DNA of 64,000 nt from Mustelus asterias (Eukaryota), in NCBI RefSeq assembly GCF_964213995.1, contig NW_027590139.1:1302001-1366000 (forward strand), given 5' to 3'. A program made the position numbers and the translations under genes. Below are positions 61,591 through 64,000 of this stretch, piece after piece (within the stretch, counting starts at the first letter, position 1; the number at the start of each line of letters is the position of its first letter). The notes under the pieces are model-generated. The model saw only the letters and a program-made list of their open reading frames with translations. It did not search any database and was not told the origin of the DNA.

Positions 61591-62349
61591 TTAATTGTGA
61601 ACTCGTTGGTGCCTCAGCAGGCTGCCAGACTGAGTGAATCCCTTCCCACACTCGGAGCAGGTGAATGGCCTCTCCCTTGTGTGAACATGCTGGTGTCTCC
61701 TCAGGTGCGATGAACAAGTGAATTTGTTCCCACACTCAGAGCAGGTGAATGGTCTCTCTCCAGTGTGTGTTCGCTGGTGTGTCTGCAGGTGAGATAACTG
61801 AGCAAATTTATTCCCACACTCAGAGCAGATGAATGGCTTCTCCCCAGTGTGAACTCGCTGGTGTACATTGAGCTGGGCTGAAGACCTGAATCTCTTTCCA
61901 CAGGAAGTGCAGCTGAACAGCTTTTCCTCAGTGTGAATTCGCTGGTGACTTAGCAAATCAGAGGACCCAGTGAATCCTTTCCCACACACAGGGCAGGTGA
62001 ATGGTCTCTCCCCAATGTGAACTTGCTGGTGTCTCAGCAGATTGGATGACTGAATGAATCCTTTCCCACACTCAGAGCAGGTGAACTGTATCTCTCCAGT
62101 GTGAACTCGCTGGTGTCTCCGCAGGTCAGATAACTGAGTGAATCCCTTTCCACACTCCAAGCAGATGAATGGCCTCTCCCCAGTGTGAAACCGCTGGTGT
62201 GTTAGCAATTGGGATGACTGAGTGAATCCTTTCTCACACTCTGAGCAGATGAATGGCCTCTCCCCAGTGTGACTGCGCTGATGAATTTCCAGCAGGGATG
62301 GAGAATTGAATCCTTTCCCACACTCCCCACATTTCCACGGTTTCTCCAT
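61591..62349 (-). CDS. C2H2 zinc-finger protein, 9 fingers, intact
   Basis: [10 protein letters not shown]...HQRVHN; upstream cassette to ~62780. Confidence 0.9.
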   Translation of the reverse strand: MEKPWKCGECGKGFNSPSLLEIHQRSHTGERPFICSECEKGFTQSSQLLTHQRFHTGERPFICLECGKGFTQLSDLRRHQRVHTGEIQFTCSECGKGFIQSSNLLRHQQVHIGERPFTCPVCGKGFTGSSDLLSHQRIHTEEKLFSCTSCGKRFRSSAQLNVHQRVHTGEKPFICSECGNKFAQLSHLQTHQRTHTGERPFTCSECGNKFTCSSHLRRHQHVHTRERPFTCSECGKGFTQSGSLLRHQRVHN

Positions 62350-64000
62350 GGTGTTGGTGTCCTTGTGTCCCTCCAGGTTGGATGATCAGTTGAAGCCTCA
62401 TTAACACACAGAACACATGTACAATTTCTCCTCGCTGTGAACTGTGTGATGTTTCTTCAGGCTGTGTAACTGGTTCAAGCTCTTTCCACAGTCAGTTCAC
62501 TGGAACACTCTCACTCGGGTGGGTGTGTGTCTCGGTGCTTTTCCAGTCACACTGATATTTCAAACCTTTTCCCACGGGCAGAACAGACAAACATTTCTCC
62601 TTCCACATTCGAAGACTGATGATATTCAAATCCTGATTAATCGAGTGACTCTGTCGGCTCTTTACGTGATACTTGGTTTGAGTTTCTCGTCTGCAAATCC
62701 TCCCGTTCTAATTCTCTGCAAAAAGAGTTTACAAAGTCATCACCGGAAGAACAGGAAATTCTAGTTCCTATGGAACACTTTGATCTCTTGATCCCCAAAG
62801 TTGCAAATTCCTGTCCCACTCATGTCTTTAGTTTAAAATTCTCCTCCTTGTGTTCAAATCTCTCCAGGGCTTCATCCCTCCCTATCTCTATATTATCCTC
62901 CAGCCCCGCAACCCGCTGAGATATCTGTGCTGCTCTCATTCTGGCCTCTTGTACATTCACTATTTAATTGCTCCACCATTTGAGACCATGCCTTCAGTCT
63001 CTCATCCCCAAACTCTGAAACTCTCCCCCTTCACCTCTCCCTCTAGCTGCTGTATTTTTGTCCTTTAAGGCACTGGAGTATTGCTAAAAACCTTTTGTAT
63101 CTTATACTCAGCCAGACAGACACAAGCATACCAAATTGTAAAGATTATCAGTTGGACTTATAAAGTGTTTTACTTACACTTGCGAGAAGCTATATATAGT
63201 CAAACACAGGGAGCTGCCCTCTGCATGTAGAAGGAACATGTCCAAGCAATGGGCCTTTTCTGAAACTAAACAAAGGCAGGAGTGATAGTTCCCTGGTGCA
63301 TTCTCCATGGCAACATCCTAACCAATCAGAACTGACTGTCGAACCAGTCAATACATGTTCCTCATGCAGCAGCAATTGTTGTTTGCTTTGAAGTTTGGTA
63401 TTTCTGCATCTGTCTGGATGAGTGCAAGATGAAAAGCTTCAAAAACACATCTCTTTCAATCAGCAATACTTAAATTCCATACTACTGAGTGACCATGGGT
63501 TTACAATTCTATTGTTGCTGATCTGAAAGTCCCAGTGAACGCACATTTTATGAATGGCTCATTGCCACCTATAAAGATCATGCATAAAAACAGAAAATGC
63601 TGGATAAACTCAGCAAGAATGGGAGCAACTGTGGAGAGAAACAAAGTTAATGTTTGAGTCCATGTGACCCTTCTACAGAACATAAAAAAGATATAAATGA
63701 TAAACTTGAAGAGGGGTGGGGCAGAATGGAAAGCTAGTGATCGGTCAGAGTTAAGGAGAGATTGACAATGATGTCAGGGGCATGAGAAAAAAGAGGGTGT
63801 TAATGGAATCATTAGGGATTGAAGAATGTTGACTGTGGCAAAGGTTAGATACGGAATGTGTTAATGGAAGATCAGAGGTCAGTACTCAGTGGGAGCAAAA
63901 CTGAACAACAAGGGACAGTGGCCATGCAGGGCAGTTGTGTTGGGACAAGCCAAGAGGAACTGAATAGCAGAAAACAAAAAAGGAGAGTGAAGATGGAAGG

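Overview
Eukaryotic, non-coding-rich window from a cartilaginous fish (shark-type V-SINE/HE1-like SINEs, CR1, Rex1 and Penelope repeats). It has three parts. (1) Two paralogous tRNA arrays (about 0.7-6.9 kb and 20.7-30.6 kb), mostly decaying tRNA-Gln units plus Val/Leu/Glu/Lys/Ser relics; three copies are near-intact. (2) Between them, an ~11.5 kb island (7.7-19.1 kb) of T-cell-receptor alpha/delta-type V segments in mixed orientation. Two are apparently functional with 23-bp RSS, one is an intronless leader-V, and several are pseudogenes. No D, J or C segment was found. (3) A cluster of six KRAB-less C2H2 zinc-finger genes/pseudogenes (31-62.8 kb) built on a shared cassette. The most unusual item is a pair of ~330-350 bp structured, A-tailed elements headed by U2 snRNA 5' sequence, inserted in tandem with a 15-bp target-site duplication next to a tRNA-Gln gene (2152-2863). 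Also notable are palindromic Penelope termini with hammerhead-like cores, a conserved in-frame TGA in the zinc-finger cassette, and a 95-bp repeat that multiplies a splice acceptor. All calls were made by eye; repeat boundaries are approximate.
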